64,000 nt of DNA, from the NCBI RefSeq assembly GCF_037042905.1, contig NC_087252.1:17362001-17426000 (forward strand), read 5' to 3'. This document shows, one piece after another, positions 1 through 13,573 of this stretch (within the stretch, counting starts at the first letter, position 1; the number at the start of each line of letters is the position of its first letter). Below the pieces are notes generated by a model. It made no database searches. It was not told the DNA's origin and saw nothing but the letters and a program-made list of their open reading frames with translations. The translations under genes were made by a program, and so were the position numbers. The DNA is from Lytechinus pictus. Its lineage: Eukaryota.

Positions 1-970
1 TGATTGTCTTCACCATTGATGAATCAGGAAAGAGCACAGTAAACATAAGAAACGTACAACTTAATGAAAAATTTGATACTTTTGGCTTCCCATACTTAAA
101 CCACAACTTTAAACCTGAGTCTAAGTTAAACCAGACTTCAGAATACGGGCCATAGAATCGGGTGTGATAAACGACTTAAAATAGCCTTAGAAACGGACAT
201 ACTGAAGCTTTTCGACACTGCGACACTCAACGGAGTAAAATCGCATGAATACGGAGTTTTCGCAAACCTCTGGAACGCGAGATTAGGGTCCGTTAACACA
301 AAAGTTAACGATTAATCATAGACTCGATTTTCAAAATTGATTGTACATCATAGTCAATAGAATCAAACGTAGAAAACTATTCTACAATCATTGCTAGGCT
401 TCGTGTTACAGGTCCTATATATCTGCTTTTCGTGTGCAAATTTTTTTAATACGATACCAGCATGTCATTCCAAATTGTTGAAATCCCGCTTTCATGCATG
501 TACGGCTGGTCTTCATGGCATATTATGCCTGCCTGAGCTCGCGGCGGGACTGTACCATGGCTATCATGACTCCAGCTGGCTGGAGACATGCGAAATGTAG
601 ATTATGACATGGATAAGAAAGTGGTTTTTCAAACAAATTTAGTATATTGAGTGAGGAAAAACTTACTGAATTAAGGCCTAGATATAGATCATTACAGTCC
701 ATCGAATTGTTATTGCATTTAATGTGGATTATTGGTGGATCACTGGCAATTGATTCCATGGGTCAGATCACCTCTCCAGCCGAAACCATTTCGCATGCGT
801 TGATATGTACACAGCATATGCAATAGGCCATAATACGTCTGAACAACATCCGAATTTGCGGGGTTTTTTTCTTTTGCCTGCTCCTCCTACACAAACGATA
901 TGCCTCTAGCACACAATGTAATGGGCATTATGTTTTACTTTCCCCAGAAATGGGGGATTAGATTCAAATT

Positions 971-1271
971 CCCGGGGGGAACACTTCCATTTATGAGTGG
1001 ATACCAGGCGCGACCATGGGGTTTCGAAAAGCACCCTAAACAAGGGAAGCAAGTCTTTTCCAGATTTTGAAAATGCATCTCTTAACAAGTACTTGGCATG
1101 TGAAACCCTACAAGTATTGGAAATATATCCTTTTTTCAGTATTTTAATCATCGTTTTTGACACCCTTATTACGTTACATAGGCCTATACGTAACGTACTT
1201 GCCCACTCTTTCCCTTTTTACGCGTGGTCGCACCTGGTGTCCACTCGTCAATGGAAGTGGGCCCCCCCGGG
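971..1271. mobile_element. Shorter, inverted copy of the CCCGGG MITE
   Basis: Same TIRs as 18575-19109; no clear TSD. Confidence 0.75.
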
Positions 1272-3216
1272 CAGCCTCTCGAGCTCTGGAAGGAACCAAA
1301 TTTGGCTCTGGAAAGTCGTCCTAAATCGGATTTATCGCTGTTACCATAGTAGCAACCAGAATTTTGCACACGAAACGCAGATTGAATGTATCCGTTCCAC
1401 ATGCGAAACGAAAAATATATATAATTTCACACAATTTGCATTGCAGGACAAAGTTTTACGACCATGATGACGGGCCCAAAAGTCTCTTCCAAGATCAGTA
1501 TACCGTCGTAAATAAGCGTTCTCGTTCTCCAGCGAAAGGTCGGGATTGACTAAATCTAAAACGCTAGAGCAAAACAAAATATGATAGAACCGAAACTAGA
1601 CAATAAATGACTTACATGTGTACCTCATTCTCATTGTAACGATTCGCGCCACGATTGAAACCGTGATCTATATCGTGGAGTGGTCGTAGTGATCGTGTCA
1701 GATCTTATCAAATCTTGAGGAGGTAAATCTTGCCAATAGTTTCGATTGTAGAATTGTGTGTACGGCTCAAAAATCTTTCGCGATCAGCTACGAAAGGCCA
1801 ATCGTAACGGACCACACGACAGTGGGAACGATGTATTAAGGCCACCGCACACCTTACGATTGGACTAAGACCCAATATTTGAACAATACGTGATAGCAAT
1901 AATGATAAGATTAAATTATAGAACAAACAATAGAGCCAAAACTACTGAATCATCATGTGAAAAATTATTGTTATTCAATATGTTCATGATAAAAAAAAAA
2001 AATCGAATTTAATTCATAATCGTAAAGACGTTAGTTATAGCAATCGTAGGATTAGCTACGATTTGTCTACCAAGTTGTACATTACTGCTGACAGAAGACA
2101 GAACTATTGAACAATTTAGATATTAGTGATAGTTATCCTGGAGCTCAAATGAAAATTTCTTATGTTTATTTAATGATTTTAAAACAATGTTTAAAATACC
2201 TTTTCTTTCAACATCAGGTCGTAGAAAATCGTAAGGTATATCCGGTGGCCTTAAAACACCAGGGTATAATCGACAAATGACCAACATAATTATGCACATT
2301 TCCATGGCAATAACAATATTGTATATTGTGGATATAGTTCAAGCATCGGAATAAGGGAAAAAGAATGAGGGGATGGTTGTATGAAAGGAAAATAAAACAT
2401 TTGGAACAAGATAGCTTGTTTAAAAACAGAACAATCAATGAAAGAAACATATCAACGAAAGTTTGAAAAATATTGGACAAATAATTAGAAAGTTATGAGC
2501 ATTTGAATATTGCGATCACTAATGCTACGGATATCCCCCATTGGCAATGCGACAAATGTGTGTGGTGTCACTTGTGAAAGACTCTCCCAGTACTTTTATA
2601 TATTTCACTTAAACTGCATCTTTTATCGCATCTATTAGTAGATCATGAATTCTTTCTTCAGGAGGGCATGTAATAAAAATTTCCAAAGAATATGAATAGT
2701 CTATATCACCATAAAAAAGAGCAAAACGAAAAACTTCTGGGGCATTTTATAGTCTACCACCTCACCAAATGGAAAAATGTTCACATGTGACATCACACAT
2801 CTTTTTCATTCCCCTTTTAACTATGAGAGGAACTCGACATGGATTCTTATTAAGAATAAGAAGAGGAAAACCAGACAAGTGCTAAACAACACCAGTTTGG
2901 TGTTGGTCTAACACCAGATAGGGGTTTATACAACACCAAATAGTATTAAAACGGCATCGGGTTGATTCCAAACTGTTGTTGTTTCAATACTTCTCTGGTG
3001 TGGACATATACAGATTCCGGGCTGGTGTTAAATCAACACCGGGGTTTTTGCAGTGTATTGCCCACACCTTCCTCACACATCAAACGAAATCAAAATAATA
3101 AAATAGTCGTATATACGGGACATGACCCCGACCTACAACCCTATTAATGAACATCGATCATGTAGGTATGTCGAAGATAAGTACTGGAATTCTCTGCCCC
3201 TTTTCATCAAAGACCA

Positions 3217-3496
3217 GGGGCCTGTCTTCCTGTCTTACAAAGAGTTGCGATTGATCCGATCAATCGCAACTATGGATGGCCAGCAACGTCAACATCTATT
3301 ATGCATGTTTGTTCAAAATATTTTCCAGCTATGATATGTATATTCATGCATTCATTGTTTCTTGAAAATTCACTGTGCTTCTCTTTGTTTACAAAGGACA
3401 TTGTGCAAATTGCCTGTAGAAAAACTATGACACTGATGGATTTTCATAGAGTTACGATTGATTTGATCAATCGTAACTCTTCATAAGACGGGGCCC
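3217..3496. mobile_element. Harbinger-type MITE
   Basis: GGCC.GTCTTACAAAGAGTTGCGATTGAT...ATCAATCGTAACTCTTCATAAGACGGGGCC. Second copy at ~57020-57238. Confidence 0.7.
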
Positions 3497-3794
3497 ATGT
3501 TTTTTTTTTTACCACACCTAAACGCTGTTGATATTAAATATTTACATCTCCAGACATGCCGGAGGGAATAAAAGACGAACGTGTCATAAGTTCCTCGAGT
3601 ATTTACAAGGAACGTGTATTTTTGGTCTGTTCTGTGTATTCTAGCCGTCTGAGATCTGTCCATACTCTCGAGTTTTCGTAATTGCAACAAATTTGGATTC
3701 TACAACATAGCAAATCTATTAAAAATACCCGTCAAATCTCAATGGACAGCCGGCAGGGCTTTGTCGAAAATTGATGAACCGCGGGACAGCAGAT

Positions 3795-3945
3795 CGGAGC
3801 ACATCTGACTGTGTCCTTTCCACCAAGCTCAATCCATATGAACTTACAATCCATGTCCACCATAGCCAGAAGTATGATAAATCCTTATACTGGCTGCAGG
3901 TATGAGGATGTTTTTTTTTTATTGCGATCCAAGGCTCCGACAACG
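3795..3945 (-). pseudogene. Degenerate PIF/Harbinger DDE transposase fragment
   Basis: Minus strand across frameshifts reads VVGALD..AIKK / YK / IILLAMVDMDCKFIWIELGGK..SD, matching the Harbinger core GAxDGKHIxIxxP...YKGxxSIxLLAxVDxxxKFxWVDxG..SD. Confidence 0.7.
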
Positions 3946-4311
3946 TATAAAGGGATATATCATGAGATTCGGAGCTGACGGAAAGTTTTCAAATAACTTT
4001 ATGTCGTTTGTCCAGAGTCCAAGACGACACTACTGCTTTGATTCTCCGATTGTCGACAAAGGCTGTTTTGTCATGATGAGATCGATTTTGACATTATATT
4101 CCCTACGTTCCAGAAAGCGCCTGCGTAGTGATTGCGAAAGCTCCATATTTTTATATTTGAGCCAATGCAAACGGTCGGCTATAAACATATCAGTCATATA
4201 CTATTTCCCTTAGAATTTTCTTTTTTTTATGTAGGCTTAAAATTATATTATTTCATAGTGGTTCAAACCCAGTACGCACTGCTCACATTGCGCCACAACA
4301 GAAAGTATGTA

Positions 4312-4550
4312 CACTGAAAAAAAATCAGGTGTTGATTTAACACCAGCCCGGAAATCTATAATTGTCCACACCAGAGAAGTATTAAAACCAGTTTGGAATC
4401 AAACCGATGCTGTTTTAATACTAATTGGTGTTGTATAAACACCTATCTGGTGTTAGACCAAAACGAAAGTGGTGTTGTTTAACACTTCTCTGGTGTGGAC
4501 ATATATAGATTCCGGGCTGGTGTTAAATCAACACCAGAATTTTTGCAGTG
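4312..4550. mobile_element. CACTG...CAGTG palindromic MITE (EnSpm/CACTA-like)
   Basis: CACTG-AAAAA..GGTGTTGATTTAACACCAGCCCGGAA TIR. Partial copy at ~2870-3055. Confidence 0.8.
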
Positions 4551-4822
4551 CACGGTAACACAGATATCATTATATAATAAACTCTCGTCATATTTAAATG
4601 TGAAATTCATGCATTTCAAATTACTGCATAGACTACAAAAAGGCCTGCTTAATATCAGATAAAACTAAATCATGCAATGAAAAAATCCCCACTAGCATTA
4701 ATTTAGTATTGGCTAAACAAGCTAATGTTTCATTAAAAAAAAATCAAGTATCCATATACGATATGAATATTTTCACAAGCTAGTAACAAAACAAGCCAGC
4801 ATGACGTATAAATTAGAGAATA

Positions 4823-5031
4823 CACTGCAAAAACTCTGGTGTTGATTTATCACCAGCCCGGAATCTATATATGTCCACACCACACCACACCAGATAGGTG
4901 TTTATCCAACACCAATTAGTATTAAAACAGCATCGGTTTGATTCCAAACTGGTGTTGTTTCAATACTTCTGTGGTGTGGACATATATAGATTCCGGGCTG
5001 GTGTTAAATCAACACCGGAGTTTTTGCAGTG
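4823..5031. mobile_element. CACTG...CAGTG MITE, same family
   Basis: TA|CACTGCAAAAACTC...GAGTTTTTGCAGTG|TA. Confidence 0.85.
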
Positions 5032-5201
5032 TAGAAATGCCCTTGGCGATGATCCAATATGTCAAGCTTACCTGGTATCTCCTGGTGTCCATTTTCAATA
5101 TAATTCTACATTCATGATATTCAATCTCAATCTCAAATTCCCCAATCCTATACGTGTATAGAGTGAACAATCTTTCATCATATAAACATCTTTTCACTTA
5201 A

Positions 5202-5784
5202 AGGAGAATGAAACTCTTGGAGCAAGTTAGCTTTTGTGAAAGCAGAAAAATCAAAGAATAAGATCAACAAAACTTTGAAAATAATAGGACTAGCAATAAA
5301 AGAGTTATTAGCATTTAAATGTCGAGATCACTAATGCTATGGAGATCCTCCCATTGGCAATGCGACCAAGATCTGTGATGTCACACACGTACAACTCTCC
5401 CATTTGGACACTGAAAATATACCCCAAAACATCTCTTTTTGCTCATTCTAATCATATGACAAACGATTCATCAATGATATAATGTTGTGAAACCTCTGTA
5501 CTTGTCATCTCATAAAGAGAACACCTCACCTTGTGATAGACTCTATAAAAGTGAGAATATAAGTGAAATAAGTACTAAAGTAATGAGGGAGTTGTACGTG
5601 TGTGATATCACAGATCTTGGTCGCATTGCCGTTGGGAGGATCTACATGGCACTAGTGATCTCAATATTCGAATGCTCATAACTTTCTTATTATTCATTCA
5701 ATCTTCCTCAAACTTTCAACAATATGTTTCTTTGATTTTTCTCTTTGATATGGATTCATCTGGTTTCAAGGGTTTCATTCTCCT
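5202..5784. mobile_element. Kolobok-like MITE (TTAA TSD)
   Basis: TTAA|AGGAGAATGAAAC...GTTTCATTCTCCT|TTAA with long internal inverted repeats. Diverged relatives at ~2380-2820, ~19580-20028, ~22050-22878 and ~58845-59277. Confidence 0.8.
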
Positions 5785-5893
5785 TTAAATGCTAACATAT
5801 CTTTTTTCTATATTTCCAAATCTTGCCAAGTTCATGTGAATACAAAGTCCCCAGAAACTCCAGTCCACATCAGTTAAAACCGAATTATCCAAT

Positions 5894-8800
5894 TAGACGG
5901 GTCAATTTATGACCAAAAATACCCTTACCCGGAACAAATTGCAAGAAATGATTTTTCAACGGTTTTTTGTACTATTTAACCTCAGGAATAAAATACTTAA
6001 AAATCTACCACAGTCTGCATCCGGGAAAGTGGTTATTTTCAAGATGGCGTCCAAGATGGCCACCATTCACTGAAAATGGATACAACTGACTCATTATCCA
6101 CCCTAGAATCCTATTTCAGTTCATAATCCATGGTCTAGGGTTAAAAAATTGTTGATACAGGCTAAAGTGAATTATAACCCCTCCAGTGTACCTGGCAATT
6201 CCAAGATGGCGCCCAAAATGGCTGCCGTAGACTGAAAATCCACAAGTCATCTAAGTGGCTTTAATTTGGTTTTTATTCAATGGTTTTTAGGGTGAGGTAG
6301 TACATTGGAACAAGTTACAAGGACAGCCAGTGGTCTGGTGTGTCCAAAAATCCAAGATGGCTTCCAAAAATTGAGTTTAAAATGGCTGTTGATAATTAAA
6401 ATGGACATAGTTCATTCCATATCCGCCTGGGACATAATGATTTTGGTATCTATACCATGTTTTCAATGGTCAAATAAGACATTGGGTAAGTTACAAGGAC
6501 AGTCAGTGGTCCAGTAGGTTCAAAAATCCAAAATGGCTTCCAAAATGGAGTCTAAAATTGATGTTGCTACTTTAAAAAACCCGACAAAGTTTGTTCAATA
6601 TCCAGAAATTTGATTTTTTTTTATCTATGCCATGGTTAAATGGGTCAAATAATACATTGGGACAAGTTACAAGGAAAATCAGTGGTCTGGTATGTGCAAA
6701 AATCCGCGATGGGTTCCAAAAAATGATTCTGAAATGGTTGCTAATATTTGAAGCGGACAGAACTTAATTCATTTTGACCTAGGATATTTGACTTTAATGT
6801 CTAAACCACTGGTTTCAAGGGTCAAACAATACACTAGGATAAGTTACAAGCACAGTCAGTGATCTGATATGTCCAAAGATCGAAGAAGGCTTCTAAAAAT
6901 TGATCTTAAAATAGACTGCTTATTCTTAAAGCGGACATAGCTCATTTCGTATCGGCCTGGGAGCTGTGATTTTGGTATTTAAACCACTGGTTTCAAGGGT
7001 CAATTAATACTTTAGAGCAAGTTAAAAGGACAGTCAGTGGCCTGGTTTGTCAAAAAATCTAAGTTGGTTTCCAAAAATTGATTCTAAATTGACTGCTGTT
7101 ACTTAAAGCGGACATAGATTATTTCATATCTGCCTGTGATTTGATTTCGGTGTCTAAACTGTGGTTTTAAGGGTCAAATCATATATTAGGACAAGTTACA
7201 ATGACAGTCAGTGATCTAGTATGTCCAAAATTCCAAGATGGCTTCCAAAAATGTCTGATGTTACTTATAAAAGGACATAGTTTGTTCAATATCTGTCTGG
7301 GGAATATGAGTTCGGTGTCTTTACCATGGTTTAAAGGGTCAAATAATACAATAGGGTAAGTTACAAGACCAGTCACTTGATTGTATGTTTAAAAAAATCC
7401 AAGATGACTTCAAACATGGGGTGTAACTTGATTGTTGTTACTTAAAATTATACATAGTTTATTAGAAATATACCTTGGAGGTATGATTTTACTGTCTACA
7501 CTAGAGTTTAAAGGGTCAAGTAATACATTGGGTTAAATTGAAAGGGAAGCCAGATGTCAGGTATGTCCGAAAATTGACGATGGCTTAAAAAATGGGGGTC
7601 TTAAATTACTGTTGTTACTTAAAAAATGGATATAGAACATTACAAATACACATTGGGGATATTATTTTGGTATCTACACTAGGGTCTCAAGGGTAAAAAG
7701 ATACTTTGGGACTGGTTACTATGATATGCAGTACTTCATTTTGCCTTAAAATCCAAGTTGGCTGTAAAAAATGGGTTTTAAAGTGACTGCTGTTACTTAA
7801 AAATTGGCATAGTTCATACAATATCCACCTGTGAAAAAAAAAATCTTGGTGCCTACATTTAAATGCATGATGATAAATTATCATATTGTTTCATGAGTTG
7901 GTAACAGCACCCATTTTGATGAAATTTTAGAATCTGCCATGGATTTTTTTGACAAAATGGAATACTAACCATCCTTATTACTTGTCCGAATGTAATATTT
8001 GACCCTTCATACCAAAATTCAAACACCAACATTATTTCTTTCAGATAGATATTGTAGAACTCTGACCATTATTGAGTGATATGAGTCGTTTTAGATGCCT
8101 TTTTGAAAACCCTCTTGGATTTTTAGGCAAACTGGACAACTGCATATCCATGTAACCAGTCCAAACGTATTATTTCAACCATGAAACCATAGTGTGGATA
8201 CCGGAATCATATCTCCTTGGTGAATTTCAAATGAACTATGTCAATTTGTAAAGTAACAGCAGACATTTTAGACTCCGATTTCTTGGAAGCCATCTTGGAA
8301 TTTCGACATAATGGACCACTGACTGTCCTTGTAACTAATTTTCTGACTTTTAAAACCATGGTAAAGACATCGAAATCATATACCCTTGATGGATATTACA
8401 TGAGCTATATCCATTTGTAAATACCTGCGGCTAATTTATATTATTTTTTAAGCCACTGTGGTCTTTTGGACATACTTCACCACCCATCGTCCTTGTAACT
8501 TATCCCAATGTATCATTTGACCCATTTAACCACGGTATAGGCAAACAAAATCATATTCCCGGATATTGAACAAACTATTTTTTTTTTTTTTTTTTTGTAG
8601 AAACAGCATTTTTAAATCCATTTTTAGAAGCCATCTTGGATTTTTTTTAACATACCGGAACACTGACTGTCCCTGTAACTTGTCCCAATATATTATTTGA
8701 CAATTGAAACCATGGACTAGACACCGAAATCATATCTCCCAGGTAGATATTATATAAGCTATGTCAATTTTAAGTATTAACAGCCATTTTAAACTCAATT

Positions 8801-9277
8801 TTTGGAAGCCATCTTGGATTTTGGGGCATAACAAGGCCACTGGCTGTCCTTGTAATATATACCGATGTACTACTTCACCATCAAAACCATTGAATAAAAA
8901 CAAAATTAAAGCCACTTAAGTAAGTAATAGATGAATTTTATGTTTTGGCCTCCGGCAGCCATTTTGGGCGCCATCTTGGAATTTCCTGGTACCCAGGAGT
9001 GCTAATATTCACTCTTACTTGTATCAATAAATTCGTTTACCCACTTGACCATGGAATATGAATCCAAATAGGATTCTAGGGTGGATAATGAGTGAGTTAT
9101 TTCAATTTTCAGTGAATGGCGGCCATCTTGGACGCAATCTTGAAAATATATACTTTCCCATTTGCGGATTTTGGTAGATTTTTAGTATGTTATTCCTAAG
9201 GTCAAATAATACAAAAAACCGTTGAAAATTCATTTGTTGCAATTTGTTCCGGGTCAAACCATATATTGACCCGTCTA
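5894..9277. mobile_element. 3.4-kb non-autonomous foldback DNA transposon (Academ-like)
   Basis: Termini TAGACGGGTCAAT...ATTGACCCGTCTA, ~400-bp imperfect TIRs, 3-bp TSD AAT. Internal ~176-bp tandem units switch orientation near 7900. Confidence 0.85.
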
Positions 9278-10340
9278 AATATCGAATCCACCACTAAAAT
9301 CACTTTAATAAAAATTGAGTAAACAAACCGAATCACACAATGACACTTAAAAAAAAAAATAATAATAATAAAAATTCGGACAGGCATATACGATAATATA
9401 GTTTTTTCAGAAACTAATAATAATAACAACATGGGTCATTAAGACGGTATTGAAATGAGAGAAAAGAAATTATTATATGCATCCAATCCATTAAGTCTCA
9501 TTTCTATTTACGAATGCACATTTTAGTTCTCTACATTCAATCTTAATTCACATAGACACGATGGAATAAACACTAATTTTTCTCTTGTTTTAGATTAGTA
9601 TAATACATTGAGGTACAGATGGTGGGGGGGGGGGGCTTGGGGGTTCTTCCCCTTTCCATTAAATTATCCACGACCAAGAAAAAAAATAGGAAAGAGAGAA
9701 GGGTGGATATTAATTTATGAATATGTCAAAATTTCTCACAAAATTTGATTTTTGTAAATAAAAATGTCGAAATGTTTGCTTGCTCGCTCCGCTCGCTCTC
9801 AACTTTGTATCAATTTTACGTGATACGCCCTATATAGCCCCCTCAGATTTTCTTGCTCATTACGTCACTAGCATAATGTATTAAAACCTTGGTTTCCGAA
9901 TGAAATGAGCGTATATGATGCGATCCGTTTAGAGAGGTTCCGCCTCGAATATTCATTAGTATGACGAGGTCATGTATTGTAATGATTGTTTGATAAGTTA
10001 TGAAATCATCCATTAGAGTTCCAACCAAATAAGCTAATTACTACTGATCATACTTGCTGTCTGGTATATTTGTTTGATACGCTATGAAAATAATCAATTA
10101 GTATCTCAGCTTATTTAGATATTGAATACGGATCCATTTTCTGCCTTTTATCATGTTTATTCATAAATTAGCTATTGTTACTGGAAGTCTGATTAGCCTA
10201 GGGAATTGTAATTAATTCATTGTTTCTTTTTCTCGAAATGGAAGTTTCATATTCACGGCTTTAACATCAACTGTGAGCGTTTCGTTTTTCATCGGATTCC
10301 GATAGTCTTGAAAGCTCTACCATCCCATCAATTCTTAAAG

Positions 10341-10428
10341 ATGGAGATAGTCGGAAGTTACTACTTATTCTCAATTTTATTGATTTGGAATAGCCCTATA
10401 TTTTTGGTAAAATGTGATGACCAAGGCG
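10341..10428 (+). CDS. C-type lectin/PAN-domain gene, exon 1 (signal peptide)
   Basis: ATG 10341 gives MEIVGSYYLFSILLIWNSPIFLVKCDDQG(G), a hydrophobic leader. Donor G|GTAGGT at 10428/9 is phase 1, matching the next exon. Confidence 0.8.
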
Positions 10429-10937
10429 GTAGGTTTTGAGAAAACTATTCGTACAATTATATACGGTATAGTCTCATCTTCATGATTAAATTGGTCATTC
10501 CGTTTAATCTTTATAATTTCATTTCGAACTAACATGTTATTAATTAAAACGCTATTATATCTTTAAGTGAAGGTAAGTGGTTGATGTTGTTCAATCGGAA
10601 TTAGATGGGCCTATATTTCGTTGTGTCGTGGTAATTTTTTTTTTTAATGTTATAATGACCCAGTATAAATACTTATTGAATATTTTCAAGGGGCCGCGGA
10701 ACACTTTTGAAAGTGGTGTGTGTGAGGGGGGGGGGGGGGGATGTGCTGACCAAGCAACAGAAAAAAAAAACACAATCAGATTATCATTGTCTACATCAGA
10801 GTACACGTTCATTGAAAAATGGCGCCCACCCCCTCCCGTGGTTCCACCGCCCCAATTTCAATAAACGTGTACTCTGATACAGTAAAACCATTAAAGCTAC
10901 AGATGAAAATTGAAAGAATAATTATTAATTCCGCTAG

Positions 10938-11234
10938 GTTCCTTTGTCTGCGAGCCCGGGTGGCATATCGGGGAAGCTTCGGGTGAGGGTTGCTACCGCT
11001 TCGCTTCGATGGAGGAGCAATCGCATCACGATGCCTCTCAGTCCTGCGCTGCCATGGGCGCCACTCTGGTCGTGCCTTCTTCGCAGGCGGAGTTCGACGA
11101 GTTCCGCGATCGGACGGAAGATGAGTCCGGAGAAGGGGGTCCTGCTTGGATCTGGGTGTGGATGGGATGCGGGGATACGGAGACAGAAGGGGTGTATACC
11201 TGCTCCGACGGGACAGAGATACCGGCCAATAGCA
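10938..11234 (+). CDS. C-type lectin/PAN-domain gene, exon 2 (N-terminal part of CTLD)
   Basis: Acceptor CCGCTAG|. Reads SFVCEPGWHIGEASGEGCYRFASMEEQSHHDASQSCAAMGATLVVPSSQAEFDEF...WIWVWMGCGDTETEGVYTCSDGTEIPANS, with the CTLD pattern C-x-x-GW...CY...A..C...GA.L...W.G. Donor A|GTTAGT, phase 1. Confidence 0.92.
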
Positions 11235-11876
11235 GTTAGTATACCTTGGACTTGGTCAAGCAATGTAGCCCTCAGGGAAGCGATTTGTCTCCCTTTTATC
11301 AGAGGTTGTGCCACAATAACACAATATGTTGCCATAATATGTGGCCAAACCATTTTATGCAATTCTGATTTTGATGATGATGACGACGACTGTGATGATG
11401 ATGGTGGTGGTGGTTACGATAGTCTGTCTTGAAGATTATGTAATAATGATATTCACATTAAAAATAATTAGATAAATTAAGCGAGTTTAATACATATAAG
11501 AGACATGATAGCTCTTTATAAACTGGAAAACTATAAAATGGAAGAGATACAAGAACATGAAGAAGGAGAAGAAGAAAAATGAGAAGAAAAAGAAGGAAGA
11601 GGAGGAGAATGACGAGATACTGAAGAAAAAAGGAAGGAGGAGGCGGAGAAGAAGAAGGTTGATGAGGAGAAGAAGAAGAAGAGGGGGAGAAGAGAAAATG
11701 TAGACACACAATTATAACATCAGCCGCAACAAGACCAAGAAAAAGAAGATCAAGAAAGTATGTACGATAAACAGAATGTGGATATTGATGATAATGCTAA
11801 AAATATATTGGCAAATTATAAATAATAGTTCCTCAGTTAGCATTCTGATTCATGTTTGTTTCCCTCTCGTTTTTAG

Positions 11877-12002
11877 ATTGGTGGTCAGCCTTTCAGCCCA
11901 ATAATTTTCTGGGCATAGAGGATTGTATTGTATACTTCAGAACAACTCGAAAACTTGTTGACGTCCCTTGCCAGGATTTCAACGCATTTGCTCTTTGTGA
12001 AA
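11877..12002 (+). CDS. C-type lectin/PAN-domain gene, exon 3 (C-terminal part of CTLD)
   Basis: Pyrimidine tract + TTTTAG|. Reads (N)WWSAFQPNNFLGIEDCIVYFRTTRKLVDVPCQDFNAFALCE, with QPN...EDC...D.PC...CE motifs. Donor A|GTAGGT, phase 1. Confidence 0.92.
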
Positions 12003-12337
12003 GTAGGTATTTCGGGGCTTTGCAAGAAACATGCGTTTAGTTGCAGTTAGAATCAATCGCAAAGCAATTCGATCTAAAGAAAAATCAAAATTTGTAATCT
12101 GTTCTGCGTTTAAGTAGATATAAGATTTGTATATTTTTGGTCTGTTTTCATTTGCTCTTTTGGTTTCCTCATGTACTAAGGACCTATGCATTTCATTTAT
12201 TCATATACATGTACATATTTATTTACTTATTATTGCTATATATTTGATTTCTCTCTTTCATTCCTTCATTGCAATTTTAATTAATCGCATATAGCAAATC
12301 GATAAAATTAATAATCGTAGTTTCCAACTCGTTATAC

Positions 12338-12660
12338 ATTGAATTTGAATTGAATTGAATTGAATTGAATTGAATTGAATTGAATTTATTGAATTTCCAC
12401 AATCAAAATAAAAGTGTACAAAGTAAGCATATTATAGTGCAGTGGAGGGGATAACAAAAGTAGAATTACTTATCTAGGTTATCCCCTTACAAAACAACAA
12501 GTACACATAAAACATATAAAATTATACATTTCAATGAATACAACAAAAAAATCACTAAGTAAATAATTTACAATTACGGTAAACATAATCATGTATATAC
12601 ACACACACACACCCACGCACACACTTACATAATACATAATTATACATGCAGGTCAACATA
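12338..12660 (-). mobile_element. LINE 3' end with (TTCAA)n tail
   Basis: (TTGAA)n + TTTATT on the plus strand, and hairpin GGGGATAAC...GTTATCCCC. Similar tails at ~32620 and ~56160-56295. Confidence 0.55.
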
Positions 12661-12972
12661 AAATTCGTTATTTTTTTCTTTCATTTTTCCATTTTCTGAT
12701 TTAATTATGGCCTATGAGTTTAAATTATTTGTTCATTAATTATATACATTTTCATATATTTGCCTATTCATTCTTTAAATTATTCATGAATTGATTGATT
12801 GATTTTAATTAATTTCTCCCTTCTTCCTTGCTACCTTTCCTTTTTTTTTCCTTATGATGCTTTCGTTTTTTTTTTCTTTCTAATTATCATTTACCTTCCT
12901 TCTTTTTTCATTCTCCCTTTTATTTATTTCTTTTTCTTTCTTTATTTCTTTTTTTTTCTTTTCTTTGCTTAA

Positions 12973-13543
12973 AGGAGAATGAAACCCTTGAAACCAGCTG
13001 AATCCATATCAAAGAGAAAAATCAAAGAAACATATTGTTGAAAGTCTGAGGAAGATTGAATGAATAATAAGAAAGTTATGAGCGTTTGAATGTCGAGATC
13101 ACTAATGCCATGTAGATCCTCACATTGGCAATGCGACCAAGATCTGTGATGTCACACACGTACAACTCCCTCAGTTTCACTTATATTCTCACGTTTATAG
13201 AGTCTATCACAAGGTGAGGTGTTCTCTTTATGAGAGGACAAGAACAGAGGTTTCACAACATTATATCATTGATGAATCGTTTGTCATTATGATTAGAATA
13301 AGCAAAAAGAGATGTTTTGGGGTATATTTTCAGTGTCCAAAAGGAGAGAGTTGTTCATCTGTGACATCAAAGTTCTTGGTCGCATTGCCAATGGGAGGAT
13401 CTCCATAGCATTAGTGATCTCGACATTCAAATGCTCATAACTCTTTTATTGCTTGTCCTATTTTACTCAAACTTTTGTTGATCTTATTCTTTGATTCTTC
13501 TGCTTTCACAAAAGCTAACTTGCTCCAAGAGTTTCATTCTCCT
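12973..13543. mobile_element. Kolobok-like MITE, inverted copy in lectin intron 3
   Basis: Same TIRs and TTAA TSD; near reverse complement of 5202-5784. Confidence 0.85.
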
Positions 13544-13573
13544 TTAATTCCTTCCCCCTTCCTTCATTGACAG

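Noticed and set aside
455..960. Coding-like composition with short ORFs
   Set aside because: No recognisable domain or consistent splice structure.
6300..8930. Regularly spaced repeats as a possible CRISPR array
   Set aside because: Whole units are homologous and degenerate with no unique spacers; eukaryotic context, no cas genes.
10934..11432. Overlapping ORFs of 142 aa (-) and 162 aa (+)
   Set aside because: Shadow frames of the GC-rich lectin exon 2.
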